Below, piece after piece: positions 50,901-59,945 of a stretch of DNA of 64,000 bases. The position numbers were made by a program, and so were the translations under genes. The stretch is from Candidatus Poribacteria bacterium (GTDB lineage: Bacteria; Poribacteria; WGA-4E; PCPOR2b). The DNA is taken from the NCBI GenBank assembly GCA_965208325.1, contig OZ242326.1:1792001-1856000 (forward strand). Reading direction: 5' to 3'. A model generated the notes under the pieces. That model had not been told where the DNA came from, did not search any database, and saw nothing but the letters and a program-made list of their open reading frames with translations. Every line of letters begins with the position of its first letter. Within the stretch, counting starts at the first letter, position 1.

Positions 50901-51102
50901 GTAACGTGACTAAGGTTTCCATCTCCTCAGGAGACCAGCCGTGCGCCTCGGTAAGAATAGTAATGCGGGGCGGATTGATGTCGGGATAGACATCAATCGG
51001 CGCCGAACGGAATACCCGAAAGCCGATGACAACTATCACAATGGTACACGCGATTGTTAGGAGTCTATTTCTGAGCGAAATTTCCGTGATTTTCGACCAC
51101 AT
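47962..51102 (-). CDS. Heavy-metal efflux RND permease (CzcA/CusA family)
   Basis: PIDVYPD, GMVVDDAIVYVEN, FGIAVRNGI, PVLMTALTTGLGMLPLA. 1046 aa. Confidence 0.96.
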   Translation of the reverse strand: MWSKITEISLRNRLLTIACTIVIVVIGFRVFRSAPIDVYPDINPPRITILTEAHGWSPEEMETLVTLPIESAMNGAPYVSRVRSSSAVGLSLVFVEFDWGMDIFLARQMVSERLQLVAPNLPHGVDAPIILPTSSLLGEILEYAVVDETGEFDEMEMRDLADWVIRYQLQSQGGIANVINIGGYVKQYQVFVNPAQLVNYNLSLEDVADALAKSNENSAGGFLIKDTRELMIRGLGRISTVADIENVVIDVRGHSTPILVKDIGRLKIGELPEIRRGAGSRNAKETVLGKVVKQPGINTLNLNDKVVSVLKSLERSLPEGVEVKIEYAQADLIRRAVDTVKDALRDGAILVVIILAIFLFNIRTALITLTAIPLSLIIAVIALISQGGTLNIMTLAGLAIAVGMVVDDAIVYVENIYRRLQEHFRRRARGEANGETPTQVVTRASNEIRSSIVFATLIIILVFVPLFNLSGMEGSMFRPLGWAVVISMAASLLVALTVVPVLSDLLLTRFRMRRSQNESQSGIPAAKESPVVVWIKLAYRPVLSWVMRLRWLVVALALLLITLTIMSIPRLGREFLPVMDEATFSVAVHSPPGTSLGESTRIGREMESRLLTLPEVTSVSSRTGRAETDEHAHSVDTHEMVVNFIPPDERDKTREELLAEVRSLLSAENFPGVHVSIGQPIQHRLDHLLSGVNAQVALKLFGPNLNTLRQKAEEIRSVIAEIPGVVDLWVEQQAQVEQLQIKVKRREAARYGLRVEDVTHFAETAFKGEAVSQVIQGQRQYALVIRIDPTLVNTIESVGDLKLRTPAGTFVQLKQVADVGYGFGPNTINRENVSRRIVIQCNVQNRDLGNFIAQAQREINENINLPEAYFLTYGGQFESQQAAQKRILVQTGFVLVGICILLYLATGSMRLSLLVMLNLPLALIGGVISVFLTGGVLSIPSMVGFILLFGIAVRNGIILVTHINSLRAEGISLYDAVLKGAGERISPVLMTALTTGLGMLPLALAHGSGAELQKPLAIVISGGMITATLLTLLVLPVLYYVVEKRR

Positions 51103-51123
51103 TTATTTGCCTCCTTGGTGCAC

Positions 51124-53151
51124 CTAATGAGAGTGCCCCGCGTGCGAATGACCCCCTTCGGTAACCTTTACGTTTGCGCGTAACAACTGGTGCTGTCCGT
51201 GAATTACCACGCGCTCGCCCGCGGACAGACCGTCCTTTATCTCAATATACCGGTCATCGGCGGCACCTGCCGCGATTTCACGCTTCGTGTAAGTGGATCC
51301 GTGTTCGACGAAAACAAACCGGCTCCCAGCCTCTTCAATCACCGCATTCAACGGAACGCTCAAAACCGGCGCCGCTTTTTCGAGGACGATTGTCTGTTCT
51401 GCGAACATCCCCGGCTTGAGCTGATGGGCCGGATTTGCCACCTCCGCCCAAAATTGGACGGTGCGTTTATCGGGATCCATTTCATCTGAAATGTGGGAGA
51501 TTTTACCGGTGAAAGTCGTATCGGGATACGCCGGTACGCGAATGCGTACCAAGCGGCCCGTCTGGAAATTTTCCTGAATGACTGCGAGCGCGCTTTCATA
51601 CGCGTCGCCTTCAACCCAGACGATGTCGGTGTCCAGTATTGAGAAGAGTATATCACTTTTTTCAACCGTGGCGCCGAGTGTCACGTGTTGGTTGACGATT
51701 TGTCCAGAAGCCGGCGCCTTGACGTAGAAAGTTGGTGATGGCTGACCGGTTTGCGCAATCTTTTCAATTTCGGCGGGTGTGAGTCCGGACACTTGAAGTT
51801 TTTGGCGAATTTTGTTCAAAGTGATTACAGCACTGCGCAGTTCATCTTCAATGTTAAGCATTCCTTCCAATGCTTCCGAACTGGCTACGAAGGCGAGGTA
51901 AATTTCAATCAATTCCTCAGCGGATAATTCGTCGAAAGACACAATTGAACCGGTTTCAGCCAGAGTGTCAAGAAGTGATTCACGCAAGCCTGCAGCCAGT
52001 GCGCGCTGTTTGTTTGCCGCAACCTTGATAGCCGCAATGTTGTACGCCGCAATGGCATCAACCAACTCCGCCCCTGCCTCACTGAGCATGGCGAATTTAC
52101 CAAGCAAGAATTCGCCATCACGCTCCGCCTTCAAATCTGAGTCTAATGTTTCTAAATTTAGCAGCGAAAGGATTGGGGTTTCTCCTCCGTCCATAAGGAT
52201 ATTTTCCAGTGACTGCCCGCTGAATCCGAGGATTTGGAATTGCCGCTTCGCGTCTGCCAGTTCAATTTTCCCTTTCCGGTATTCTGCCTGCTGCGCCACC
52301 AAGTCCTTTTGCGCCGAGATACGCTTTTCCGCAAGGGTTTCTGTCCTGTTGAGTGTAGCCTTTAGCAATCTGAGTTCAACGTCCGCTTTGACTAATCTGA
52401 AACGCATCTGTTCCAACACGGAGGTGGTCTTCGCTACAGCAAGAACATTTCGTTTATCAACTGCAGTTTTCATCTGTTTCAACTCGGATAGCGATTCCAA
52501 GTAATCAATTTGTCGAGTTTGCAATTCGCGGCGAATCTGCTTGGCGAAAACTTCCGTCAATCTCCCTAATTCATCGACTAAAGATTTCTGTTGAGCCTCC
52601 GCTTCAATGAGTTCAATCTGCACCATCTGCAGGTCAAGGCTTTCTAATTCAACTAATACATCCCCCTTCTTTAGTGAGTCACCGAGACTAAAATGGATGC
52701 GCTTTACAATCCCGCCGATTCTAGGTGTGATAACGCTCCGCCTACCGGGGTGAGCGATTACATTGCCGGAAACGTGTACACCCTTCTCAATTGTGCGGAC
52801 ATCAGTCTCGGCTGTTTTCAAACCGATGTTGGCTTTTGCTTTATCGGTAAGGGTCACCGTGTTTTCTTGGCTGTGCGCATGACCTGCGTGTTCGCTGTGA
52901 GGGTGTCCATGCGTGGGAGTGGCATGTTCATCGTGGGAGTGGCCGTGATCGTCTTTTGCATGTGAGTGATTCGCGTGTTCGCCGTGCGAGTGACCATGAT
53001 TTGACGTGTTGTGCGTGTGATCCCCACTTCCCTCATGGACACCTTCACCTTGCGCCCAAATAAATGTTCTAGCGGCATTAAATGAAACCAAACATCCTGT
53101 CACGATACCAGTGATTGCCACAATTCGTGCGAGACGAGAGCTACGCAGCAT
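51124..53151 (-). CDS. RND periplasmic adaptor (CzcB-like), His-rich and unusually long
   Basis: Lipoyl halves ITPRIGGIVK and VKAPASGQIV, LKPGMFA, IEIKDGLSAGERVV. His-rich N-terminus and C-terminal HSHAGHSH. Confidence 0.92.
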   Translation of the reverse strand: MLRSSRLARIVAITGIVTGCLVSFNAARTFIWAQGEGVHEGSGDHTHNTSNHGHSHGEHANHSHAKDDHGHSHDEHATPTHGHPHSEHAGHAHSQENTVTLTDKAKANIGLKTAETDVRTIEKGVHVSGNVIAHPGRRSVITPRIGGIVKRIHFSLGDSLKKGDVLVELESLDLQMVQIELIEAEAQQKSLVDELGRLTEVFAKQIRRELQTRQIDYLESLSELKQMKTAVDKRNVLAVAKTTSVLEQMRFRLVKADVELRLLKATLNRTETLAEKRISAQKDLVAQQAEYRKGKIELADAKRQFQILGFSGQSLENILMDGGETPILSLLNLETLDSDLKAERDGEFLLGKFAMLSEAGAELVDAIAAYNIAAIKVAANKQRALAAGLRESLLDTLAETGSIVSFDELSAEELIEIYLAFVASSEALEGMLNIEDELRSAVITLNKIRQKLQVSGLTPAEIEKIAQTGQPSPTFYVKAPASGQIVNQHVTLGATVEKSDILFSILDTDIVWVEGDAYESALAVIQENFQTGRLVRIRVPAYPDTTFTGKISHISDEMDPDKRTVQFWAEVANPAHQLKPGMFAEQTIVLEKAAPVLSVPLNAVIEEAGSRFVFVEHGSTYTKREIAAGAADDRYIEIKDGLSAGERVVIHGQHQLLRANVKVTEGGHSHAGHSH

Positions 53152-53237
53152 TTTCTTTCTCCTTGTCCTTTTTGGATAAAAAAATCCTTCAATATTGACT
53201 CACAAGATGATCGGCGGCCGGCACAGTCTGTATTCTG

Positions 53238-54518
53238 TCAGCCTCCTATGCTGTTCGACTGTTGAAACATTTCTACGGAAATTCCGATTGCGGCTTCAAG
53301 TTCTATCAACGCCTTGTGGAACGCCGCCAGCGCGTCGAGGTGCGCGAACCGAATCTTGATAAACTCATTCTGAATTAGTATAACCTCTAAAATCCCGGTT
53401 TGACCTAATTCGTACGCGGCGCGCGTCAGTTTAAGATTTTCATTTAGCAAATCCAACATATCGCCTTCATAAAACTTGAGTTTTTTTTGCGCAGCCTTCA
53501 AAGAAATGAATGCCCCCATCACCTCGCGGGTAATTTGCCGTTCTTTGTTACTAATTTCGATGGCGTTGACCCCCTGTTCGGCTTTTACAACATCAATCTT
53601 GGCACGATTTCGGTCAAAAACCGGCAATTGAAATGAAAACTTTACACCGAATGCCCGCTCATCTGGGCTGCGCTGAGCTATACCTGCTATATTCAGGACG
53701 GGGATATTTGCAGATTTTGCCAGGCGAAGTTCCCTGTCAGTCAACTGCGCGTTTAATCGGAGCGACTTTAGGTCGCCTCGATTTGCCAGAGCGCGAGCCG
53801 TTAATGCGTCGAGTGTCAGGCTTTGAAGCTGGTTCAGCGGCATCTTTTCTGACAAACTCACGACTGCGATAGGTACTGCTTCAAGTGAGGCGCCCATCAG
53901 ATTGTTGATTTCAAGTTGTGCGAGCTGCAATTCGCCCTCTAATGCAGCCGCGCCGCGCAGCGCCGCTTGCAATTGAACCCTCGCCAGATTTAGCTGTGTT
54001 ACCGAAATGTCTCCTGTTTCAAATTGAACCTGAGCGATGTTACGCATGCGTTCGTAGTGCTGAATGACTGCTTCGGTCAGTTTTAGTTTCTCTTGGACAA
54101 GCGCCAAATCGTAAAAACCGAGTTTCACCGACGTAGTAAGCAACCGGGATGCATCTGCGAGCTCAGCATTCACCTTTTCAAGTAAAATATTTGCGATTCG
54201 TTTCCGGTGTCCGTGCTGCCCACCGAGTTCAAAGGGTTTTGATAGTTCAAATACCTGATCACCATCTATCCCCCCAACAAACTCGGTTTCCAGTTCAGGG
54301 TTGCCGAGCAACGCAATGCCATCAATTCGGGCACGGGCGACCTTGAGTCTCTCACGAATCGCGCTAAGTTCCGGGTTGTCACGCAGCGCCGTCTGGATTG
54401 CAGTATCAAGCGCAATTTTGCCTTCCCCCTCCGAAAAGGCAGCTGGAATTTTCACGGTGCTTAATATGAATAGGTACATGCTCACCATTATGAGAATGCG
54501 GCTAGGTGTGGTTTTCAT
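53238..54518 (-). CDS. TolC-family outer membrane factor (CzcC-like)
   Basis: ALRDNPEL, NPELE, FELGG, QLPVFDRNR, YELGQTGILEV. Confidence 0.93.
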   Translation of the reverse strand: MKTTPSRILIMVSMYLFILSTVKIPAAFSEGEGKIALDTAIQTALRDNPELSAIRERLKVARARIDGIALLGNPELETEFVGGIDGDQVFELSKPFELGGQHGHRKRIANILLEKVNAELADASRLLTTSVKLGFYDLALVQEKLKLTEAVIQHYERMRNIAQVQFETGDISVTQLNLARVQLQAALRGAAALEGELQLAQLEINNLMGASLEAVPIAVVSLSEKMPLNQLQSLTLDALTARALANRGDLKSLRLNAQLTDRELRLAKSANIPVLNIAGIAQRSPDERAFGVKFSFQLPVFDRNRAKIDVVKAEQGVNAIEISNKERQITREVMGAFISLKAAQKKLKFYEGDMLDLLNENLKLTRAAYELGQTGILEVILIQNEFIKIRFAHLDALAAFHKALIELEAAIGISVEMFQQSNSIGG

Positions 54519-54579
54519 GCGTGATGTTCTCCTCCAAGTGGAATGGACAGATAGACCTATATTTTATTCCGTACGTTTG

Positions 54580-54672
54580 GGGCTGTCAACCGCTGCGGGA
54601 TTCTACTGAACGCCGCTGTTGCGCCTACATACAGAACGACGCACGGTTGAATAAGGCTCATCAAGGCAGCCC
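54580..54672 (-). promoter_or_regulatory. Long imperfect stem-loop between the leader ORF and the czcC-like gene
   Basis: Nested pairings GGGCTG/CAGCCC, TCAACCG/CGGTTGA, TGCG/CGCA and TTCT/AGAA. Confidence 0.55.
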
Positions 54673-54735
54673 ACCGCACAATTTGTGATTAAGCCAGAAG
54701 CGATGAAACCTGCGGGTAGATTTTATGAAATAAGT

Positions 54736-55167
54736 TCAAATGAGGAGGGTTGAAATACGAAGGGATACTAGTGTTGAATTGATTAACGCCGGTGCGTGGA
54801 AAGACGGCGTGCAGATTGGAATAGTAGGGAAAGGCGGTTGAGATGCCGTTAGACCGACAGCGGAAACCGCGTGGAGAGATTGCATGTCTTTGGCGGGAAT
54901 GACATGTGGGTGTTTGTCTAAGGGGAAAAAGATGGCGAGATCGACACATGAATCACAGTGGTAAGTTTCCGATGCCGCTTCAGCGTGCATAACATCTTCT
55001 TCCGAGTCAAAAGGGTGGTTGTCGGTACACCGCCCGTTAGCACCCACTTCAAGTTCGACGTGATCGTCCGAACCGATACACAGCACATAGTTGGACAGCG
55101 ACACCGGTGTGGCAACGATATAAAGAAGTAACCAAATCAGAGGGATGGGCGTGCCCTTCTTAAACAT
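54736..55167 (-). CDS. Exported Cys/His-rich leader protein upstream of the czcCBA-like operon
   Basis: Signal peptide, VLCIGSDDHVELE, HCDSCVD (CxxC), Pro-rich linker, C-terminal SLRISTLLI. Confidence 0.75.
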   Translation of the reverse strand: MFKKGTPIPLIWLLLYIVATPVSLSNYVLCIGSDDHVELEVGANGRCTDNHPFDSEEDVMHAEAASETYHCDSCVDLAIFFPLDKHPHVIPAKDMQSLHAVSAVGLTASQPPFPTIPICTPSFHAPALINSTLVSLRISTLLI

Positions 55168-55280
55168 AAGAAAAAGACTCCATTCTGGTTGACTTGGTAA
55201 ATGGCTAAAGATTCAGTGATACTCATTTCGACGGCGGTTGTTGAAGGCGCGGCTGGACGCACAGGTCGTGTTTATCTTGA

Positions 55281-55308
55281 ATTATAGATCGATGTCGTCA
55301 TTGGTCAA
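55281..55308 (-). promoter_or_regulatory. Sigma70-type promoter of the leader-czcCBA operon
   Basis: TTGACC-16 nt-TATAAT. Confidence 0.7.
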
Positions 55309-55568
55309 GAACAACAAGTACACAGGGCTCGGAATGAAATCTCTAAATCCCGCTTGTGTGCATTTTCATGGATTTCCGCTCGTTTCAATGTAAACGTTAC
55401 ATGAGCAACGGTGTTGAACACAGCTGTAACGGATCGCGGATTGGCGCTGATGGCCACATGACAACCCACTCCCGATGGAGGTTGACAGGTTAGTAAAAAA
55501 TTTGGAATACTCGTGGTTTTGAAGGCTACGAATACAAGCAGTTCCGGTTTTTATGTTCACAATTAAAG

Positions 55569-56876
55569 TTAGCATCTTTGTAAGCGTTCAAAGAGCTTAA
55601 GCTGCCGATCCAAACACTCAGCTTGAGGGAAATATTGTGGTTCGTAATTTCGGGTTTCGTTCCATGTAGCATAAACACAGTATTCAAAAAGCTCTTTTTT
55701 GCTATTGCGTTTCCTAACGACCTTGCTACCAATATTCGTGAATCCAAGAGATCTCAAAGAATCCTCAAGTAGCTTCTCCGTATGAACTTGCACACCGTAG
55801 AAGCTAGAGTTTCCCACAATGTATGCCAAAACTGCGCCTTTCTTCAGGCTTTTTCGCAAATTCTGTAGATGCAGGTGCATGTCATGGAAATATTTCCAAA
55901 CATAATTTGCCATTAGTAAGGCATTCTTTTTTTTCGTTTCCAAAATTTGGCAAACAACAATGTCCAATGATTTCGGGAGTTCACGTTCTTTTGATGTCCA
56001 ATCTTGAAGCCTGCTAGTTGCAACACCCCAGGTTCCGCCAATTGCCTTCCAATCCAATTCACCCGCTTCCCTAGCGGAGTCAAGAAACTTCGTCCAGTAC
56101 ATGTACGGGCGAAGTTCACGAATATAACTTATGCGGTTGGGATATGGCGGAGATGTGATAACGTATGAATATCTCACATTATTGATTGATACTGGCGCCC
56201 GTGAATCCTCAAAATGCACAGACGCAGAACCAGATATTTCATCACCAGCACTTTCGATGATTGATTTTGATATTTTTCCATACAATGCCCCAATTTGCTC
56301 AATTTTATAAGTCACTACTTCATTTTGAAACGACATGGAAACATGGTTGAATGCCGCCGAAGATGTTTCAATTATTAAGCGACAAAATGCAATCCACGCC
56401 AAATTAGCAACATGGTTTTCTTTCGGTTCTCCAAACTGATTAACAAGCGCCTCACGAAATGCAGCAAGCGCTGACAAAGTATGGCCGCACCACCACCGCG
56501 TAATATTATGTATTTCGGGTATCCAGTTGTCTCCGTTCGCAATCTTTTTGCAATCGGCAAGGACTTTAATGTTTTCTAATTTCAGCCATTCCAACTCAGC
56601 ACTTGAGTAGTTCCGGCATTTGGCATTTCCAAACCAAATGAGAAATGGGTTTATATCAAGACAATGTGCAGATAGCCCATGTTCCGCAGCGACCAATCCG
56701 CTTGTAGCTGTCCCAGAAAAAGGATCGAGAATAAACGCATCCTCGGGGACACTATCAATAATCTCCTTTACTAGCTTGACCGAATAAGCGGGCGTCAAAC
56801 GTAGCCACCCATGCCTGCCGAGTTTATTGTTGTATTTGAATGTATAGTCTGACCGTTGCTGAAATCTCTCGTTCAT
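55569..56876 (-). CDS. DNA amino-methyltransferase, probably N4-cytosine
   Basis: ILDPFSGTATS (motif I) precedes VITSPPY (motif IV). HGWLRLTPAYS N-terminus. Confidence 0.92.
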   Translation of the reverse strand: MNERFQQRSDYTFKYNNKLGRHGWLRLTPAYSVKLVKEIIDSVPEDAFILDPFSGTATSGLVAAEHGLSAHCLDINPFLIWFGNAKCRNYSSAELEWLKLENIKVLADCKKIANGDNWIPEIHNITRWWCGHTLSALAAFREALVNQFGEPKENHVANLAWIAFCRLIIETSSAAFNHVSMSFQNEVVTYKIEQIGALYGKISKSIIESAGDEISGSASVHFEDSRAPVSINNVRYSYVITSPPYPNRISYIRELRPYMYWTKFLDSAREAGELDWKAIGGTWGVATSRLQDWTSKERELPKSLDIVVCQILETKKKNALLMANYVWKYFHDMHLHLQNLRKSLKKGAVLAYIVGNSSFYGVQVHTEKLLEDSLRSLGFTNIGSKVVRKRNSKKELFEYCVYATWNETRNYEPQYFPQAECLDRQLKLFERLQRC

Positions 56877-57676
56877 TTCTCAGCATTCCGTAGTGTGTCT
56901 AATACATCATGTATTTCTTTCTTGATTCTCGTTGTGTGATGTTTGAAGAAACCCGCTAAGTCGTACGTTAAAACTTGTTCACAGAATGCATACAAGGATA
57001 CGTTATTGTTTCCGCAAGTCGTACCGATGAGAATCCCGCAACGATTGTTACGGTATCTTAAAACGATATCAGCGTCAATTTGAGAAGAAAAAACTGCAAA
57101 CACAGGTAAGTAATTGTTTGCCCATGCGACTGTAGCGTTGTCAATGTCCGCATTTTGACGTTTAGAATCTTTGCTCTTGTAGCCCTGTCGAACTTCAAAA
57201 ACAATTCCGCTAGTGGGTTCGGAAACTTCACCCAATTCCGAGCAATACCGCTCTGTCCACTGCTTAACGTTGGTCAGTACCCGTTTATTTTGGATCTCTG
57301 AAAGTTCTAATCTGCCATCTAGAGATAACTTCTTCAATTTCCCGGAAGGTGTTTTGGCAGTGTACGACCATGTGGCGAACTCAGCATTTTTGTAACCAGT
57401 CGTATCCACCAGCACTGCGCGAAATAACCGTTCGCAGCCAATCCCAATCTGGCGGTACACAGAAGTCATCCCACCCGCAAGGCGGTGGGCGGCATACATA
57501 AGATCGGTATCAAGGCCGGTCCATGAATAGAAAGGATCTGAACTGTAAAGTGTCTTGAACTCGTTCAGAGAAAATCCTTCTTCTTTGTTCGCATGACCGA
57601 ATTTTGGTCGGTATCGTTTGCACCTCTGAATTGGGTCCAAAAATGTATCAAGGTATCGTCCTTCGTCTCTCGTCAC
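56873..57676 (-). CDS. Putative type II restriction endonuclease
   Basis: Overlaps the MTase start (ATGA). IGIGCE...SLDGRL...VFEVRQGYKSKDSKRQNAD fits a PD-(D/E)xK-like pattern. Confidence 0.7.
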   Translation of the reverse strand: MTRDEGRYLDTFLDPIQRCKRYRPKFGHANKEEGFSLNEFKTLYSSDPFYSWTGLDTDLMYAAHRLAGGMTSVYRQIGIGCERLFRAVLVDTTGYKNAEFATWSYTAKTPSGKLKKLSLDGRLELSEIQNKRVLTNVKQWTERYCSELGEVSEPTSGIVFEVRQGYKSKDSKRQNADIDNATVAWANNYLPVFAVFSSQIDADIVLRYRNNRCGILIGTTCGNNNVSLYAFCEQVLTYDLAGFFKHHTTRIKKEIHDVLDTLRNAEK

Positions 57677-58185
57677 ATCATCCTCAATGCGAGTTTTTGT
57701 ATTCGTTTAACTGACATAGCTAACTGCAGAATAGGGAAAACCTGTTTGAAACTTGTTCAATCGCTTTAATCCTAAAGCCAATTCCGAGCTAATTCATAAT
57801 GACCGTAGTCAATTCCAACACCAATTCGCCGATTAATGTGCACCTCGACTACGTAGGCCATTAAATTCTCCTGTAAACAGATCGGGTTGACAAGTGTCTC
57901 CATTGATTATATACACACCTACTTCCTCAAATAAAGGCGCGACTCTGAAATGAGTGTGTCTATCCAATTCTGAAATTTGCATACCAGGCAGTTTCCCAAT
58001 CTGGTTACAGTTGAACCCATTAAAGGGTTTAGCGGGTTGCTTCATCCCTGAATATATTACATCAGATTTACCCCCGGTTGTCAATGATTCCTTCTGCACA
58101 TGCACAATTCCGCCTTACGAAATCAATCCTCACTTCAAACTCCTTCAAGACGTCCGTATCGTAGCACACAATGAATTAGGCGACT

Positions 58186-58959
58186 TTAGGATTTACGAAG
58201 TTTGAGTGAATCTGCTTTTAAACGATCGAGCTCAAGATGGTAGATGCCGACAAGTATATCGCCCTCAAACTTTTGCCCAACACGAAAGGTGCCGCGAAGC
58301 GAAATTGGCACATCTTGATAACTGCGGATTTTCTTTTTTTGCGGAACCTCTACATACACCCATTCGTTAAGGAGCGGGATTGCGCCGAAACAGCATGCCA
58401 TTTGGTCTTTGAGCAACACGAAAGTTCGAACGTTATCGAATTCACCTTCAAGCGGCAACATGAACCCTTCAATCTCAATTTTCGACCCGTTCAACGCTCT
58501 GATTTGCGGCGGAATTTCTTCGTCTAGGTTCAGCGCGGAGACGTATTCCGGATCGTCCAATCTAGCCCAGTTCGGCTCCCTGATTCGAAAGCTAGTGAGG
58601 GTGTCAAAGGTCAGTGATTCATAATCGCCCGTGCGCTTGCCGCTCCGTTGACTTTCAACTCTTGGCGGCTGGGAGTCCGGCACCGCGCCCGGCTGTAAAT
58701 CCACGCTGATCTCCGGTGTGGTGTTCACCTCCTCGCGCGGATTGGCATCGCCAGATTCTGCGACCGCCAGCGGGGCACCCTGCACCTCAAAACGTCCAGC
58801 GTTCGACGCTGATTGCTCGCTTACCTTCCTAAGGGCGCGAATCGGATGTGGTTCCGGTAACATTTGAGAAAGACCGAGCGCCAGCGCAACAACAACTACA
58901 CTCGTAATTGCAAAAGGAAGCCAAGAGCTTCGTCGTTTCTCCGTTTTAAGCTGCTTCAT
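58186..58959 (-). CDS. DUF3299 domain protein (ZrgD-like)
   Basis: IRALNGSKIEIEGFMLPL, FVLLKDQMACCFG..P..NEWVYV, GIYHL. N-terminal TM. Confidence 0.85.
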   Translation of the reverse strand: MKQLKTEKRRSSWLPFAITSVVVVALALGLSQMLPEPHPIRALRKVSEQSASNAGRFEVQGAPLAVAESGDANPREEVNTTPEISVDLQPGAVPDSQPPRVESQRSGKRTGDYESLTFDTLTSFRIREPNWARLDDPEYVSALNLDEEIPPQIRALNGSKIEIEGFMLPLEGEFDNVRTFVLLKDQMACCFGAIPLLNEWVYVEVPQKKKIRSYQDVPISLRGTFRVGQKFEGDILVGIYHLELDRLKADSLKLRKS

Positions 58960-58975
58960 CGCATTCGCCTCCTAA

Positions 58976-59509
58976 CTAATGGTGATGATGTTCACCGTGC
59001 CCACCCTCGTTGCCTTCGGGAAAATCAAAATCAACGTCAGTGAAGTGCTGCCCCTTCACCGAAATTGACGTGATTTGCGCGTGAAAATCCGTCACGCCCT
59101 TGAGCACGTCGGATTGTCCCTCATATTGAGAGGTATCACCTTCGGTTTCTCCTGTTAAAACGTTTGCAGCGGCTTTGAGTTGCAAAGTAATTGACTGCCC
59201 AGATTTCAACCGATTTAATTTGAGTTCGATGGTGTTCTGCGTGAGGCGCACCGGTTTTTCCGCCTCGCTATCTAGGACATAACCAGTGAGTTTTCCGGTT
59301 GATTCTTCCAGCACAAATTCGAGGTGCGCGAACTCTTTGCCCAACACCACGAGTGCTCCACCGTGCGGCGCCGTATGATGATGGTCGGCGTGTGTTCCAT
59401 GTGTCTCACTCTGATTACCGTGGTGAGCGTCTTTTTTCTCACAACCGAATTGGACAAATGCAATTGTAAAAATTGTCATCAATGTCACGATGGTTTTTTG
59501 GAATTTCAT
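58976..59509 (-). CDS. His-rich lipoprotein, putative metal binding
   Basis: Lipobox QFGC, HADHHHTAPHGGALVVLG..AHLEFV, C-terminal HGEHHH. Confidence 0.85.
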   Translation of the reverse strand: MKFQKTIVTLMTIFTIAFVQFGCEKKDAHHGNQSETHGTHADHHHTAPHGGALVVLGKEFAHLEFVLEESTGKLTGYVLDSEAEKPVRLTQNTIELKLNRLKSGQSITLQLKAAANVLTGETEGDTSQYEGQSDVLKGVTDFHAQITSISVKGQHFTDVDFDFPEGNEGGHGEHHHH

Positions 59510-59632
59510 GATGGTTTTTCCTACTCCAAATTTGAGTTAATGGAAACGTCAAATTCTTCGTTATGATTCAGACGTTCCCACACGTTTATGTGGTATCCTT
59601 AGCATATGGATATGCGTCCAAAGGTGAACTCA

Positions 59633-59767
59633 ATGATTAAGGACTCGCCCATGGTTGAAGAAATTCGCCGCATCAGGTGTGCCCTTTCGGCGCAATTTGA
59701 CCGTGATGTGGATAAATATATTTACTACTTGACAAAGGGAACAACGGGGCAAACGGACCTCGTGTAA
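59633..59767 (+). CDS. 44-aa orphan protein resembling small PIN-toxin partner proteins
   Basis: RBS AAGGTG. MIKDSPMVEEIRRIRCALSAQFDRDVDKYI resembles the DPIVEEIRxxR...FxxD pattern. Confidence 0.45.
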   Translation: MIKDSPMVEEIRRIRCALSAQFDRDVDKYIYYLTKGTTGQTDLV

Positions 59768-59836
59768 CTACGGCCGGAATCCCCACCGAATGAGACACAA
59801 GACACGTACGATAAGGGTTAGCTAATTGGCGTTATC

Positions 59837-59931
59837 GTCATTTGGGTTCATATTTGCACAAGGAGAGATTGACTGATTGATAATCAAGGCTAGGAAGCCT
59901 CTCCCACAAACCAATGCGTAAATGTATAATT
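59837..59931 (-). repeat. 95-bp dispersed REP-containing element, second copy
   Basis: Aligns without gaps to 15482-15576. Confidence 0.85.
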
Positions 59932-59945
59932 TTTAGTTGCAATGC

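Noticed and set aside
54519..54735. NiCo (czcD) riboswitch upstream of the czcC-like gene
   Set aside because: I see one long hairpin, not the four-way junction and conserved G-rich junction motifs. An Rfam scan would settle it.
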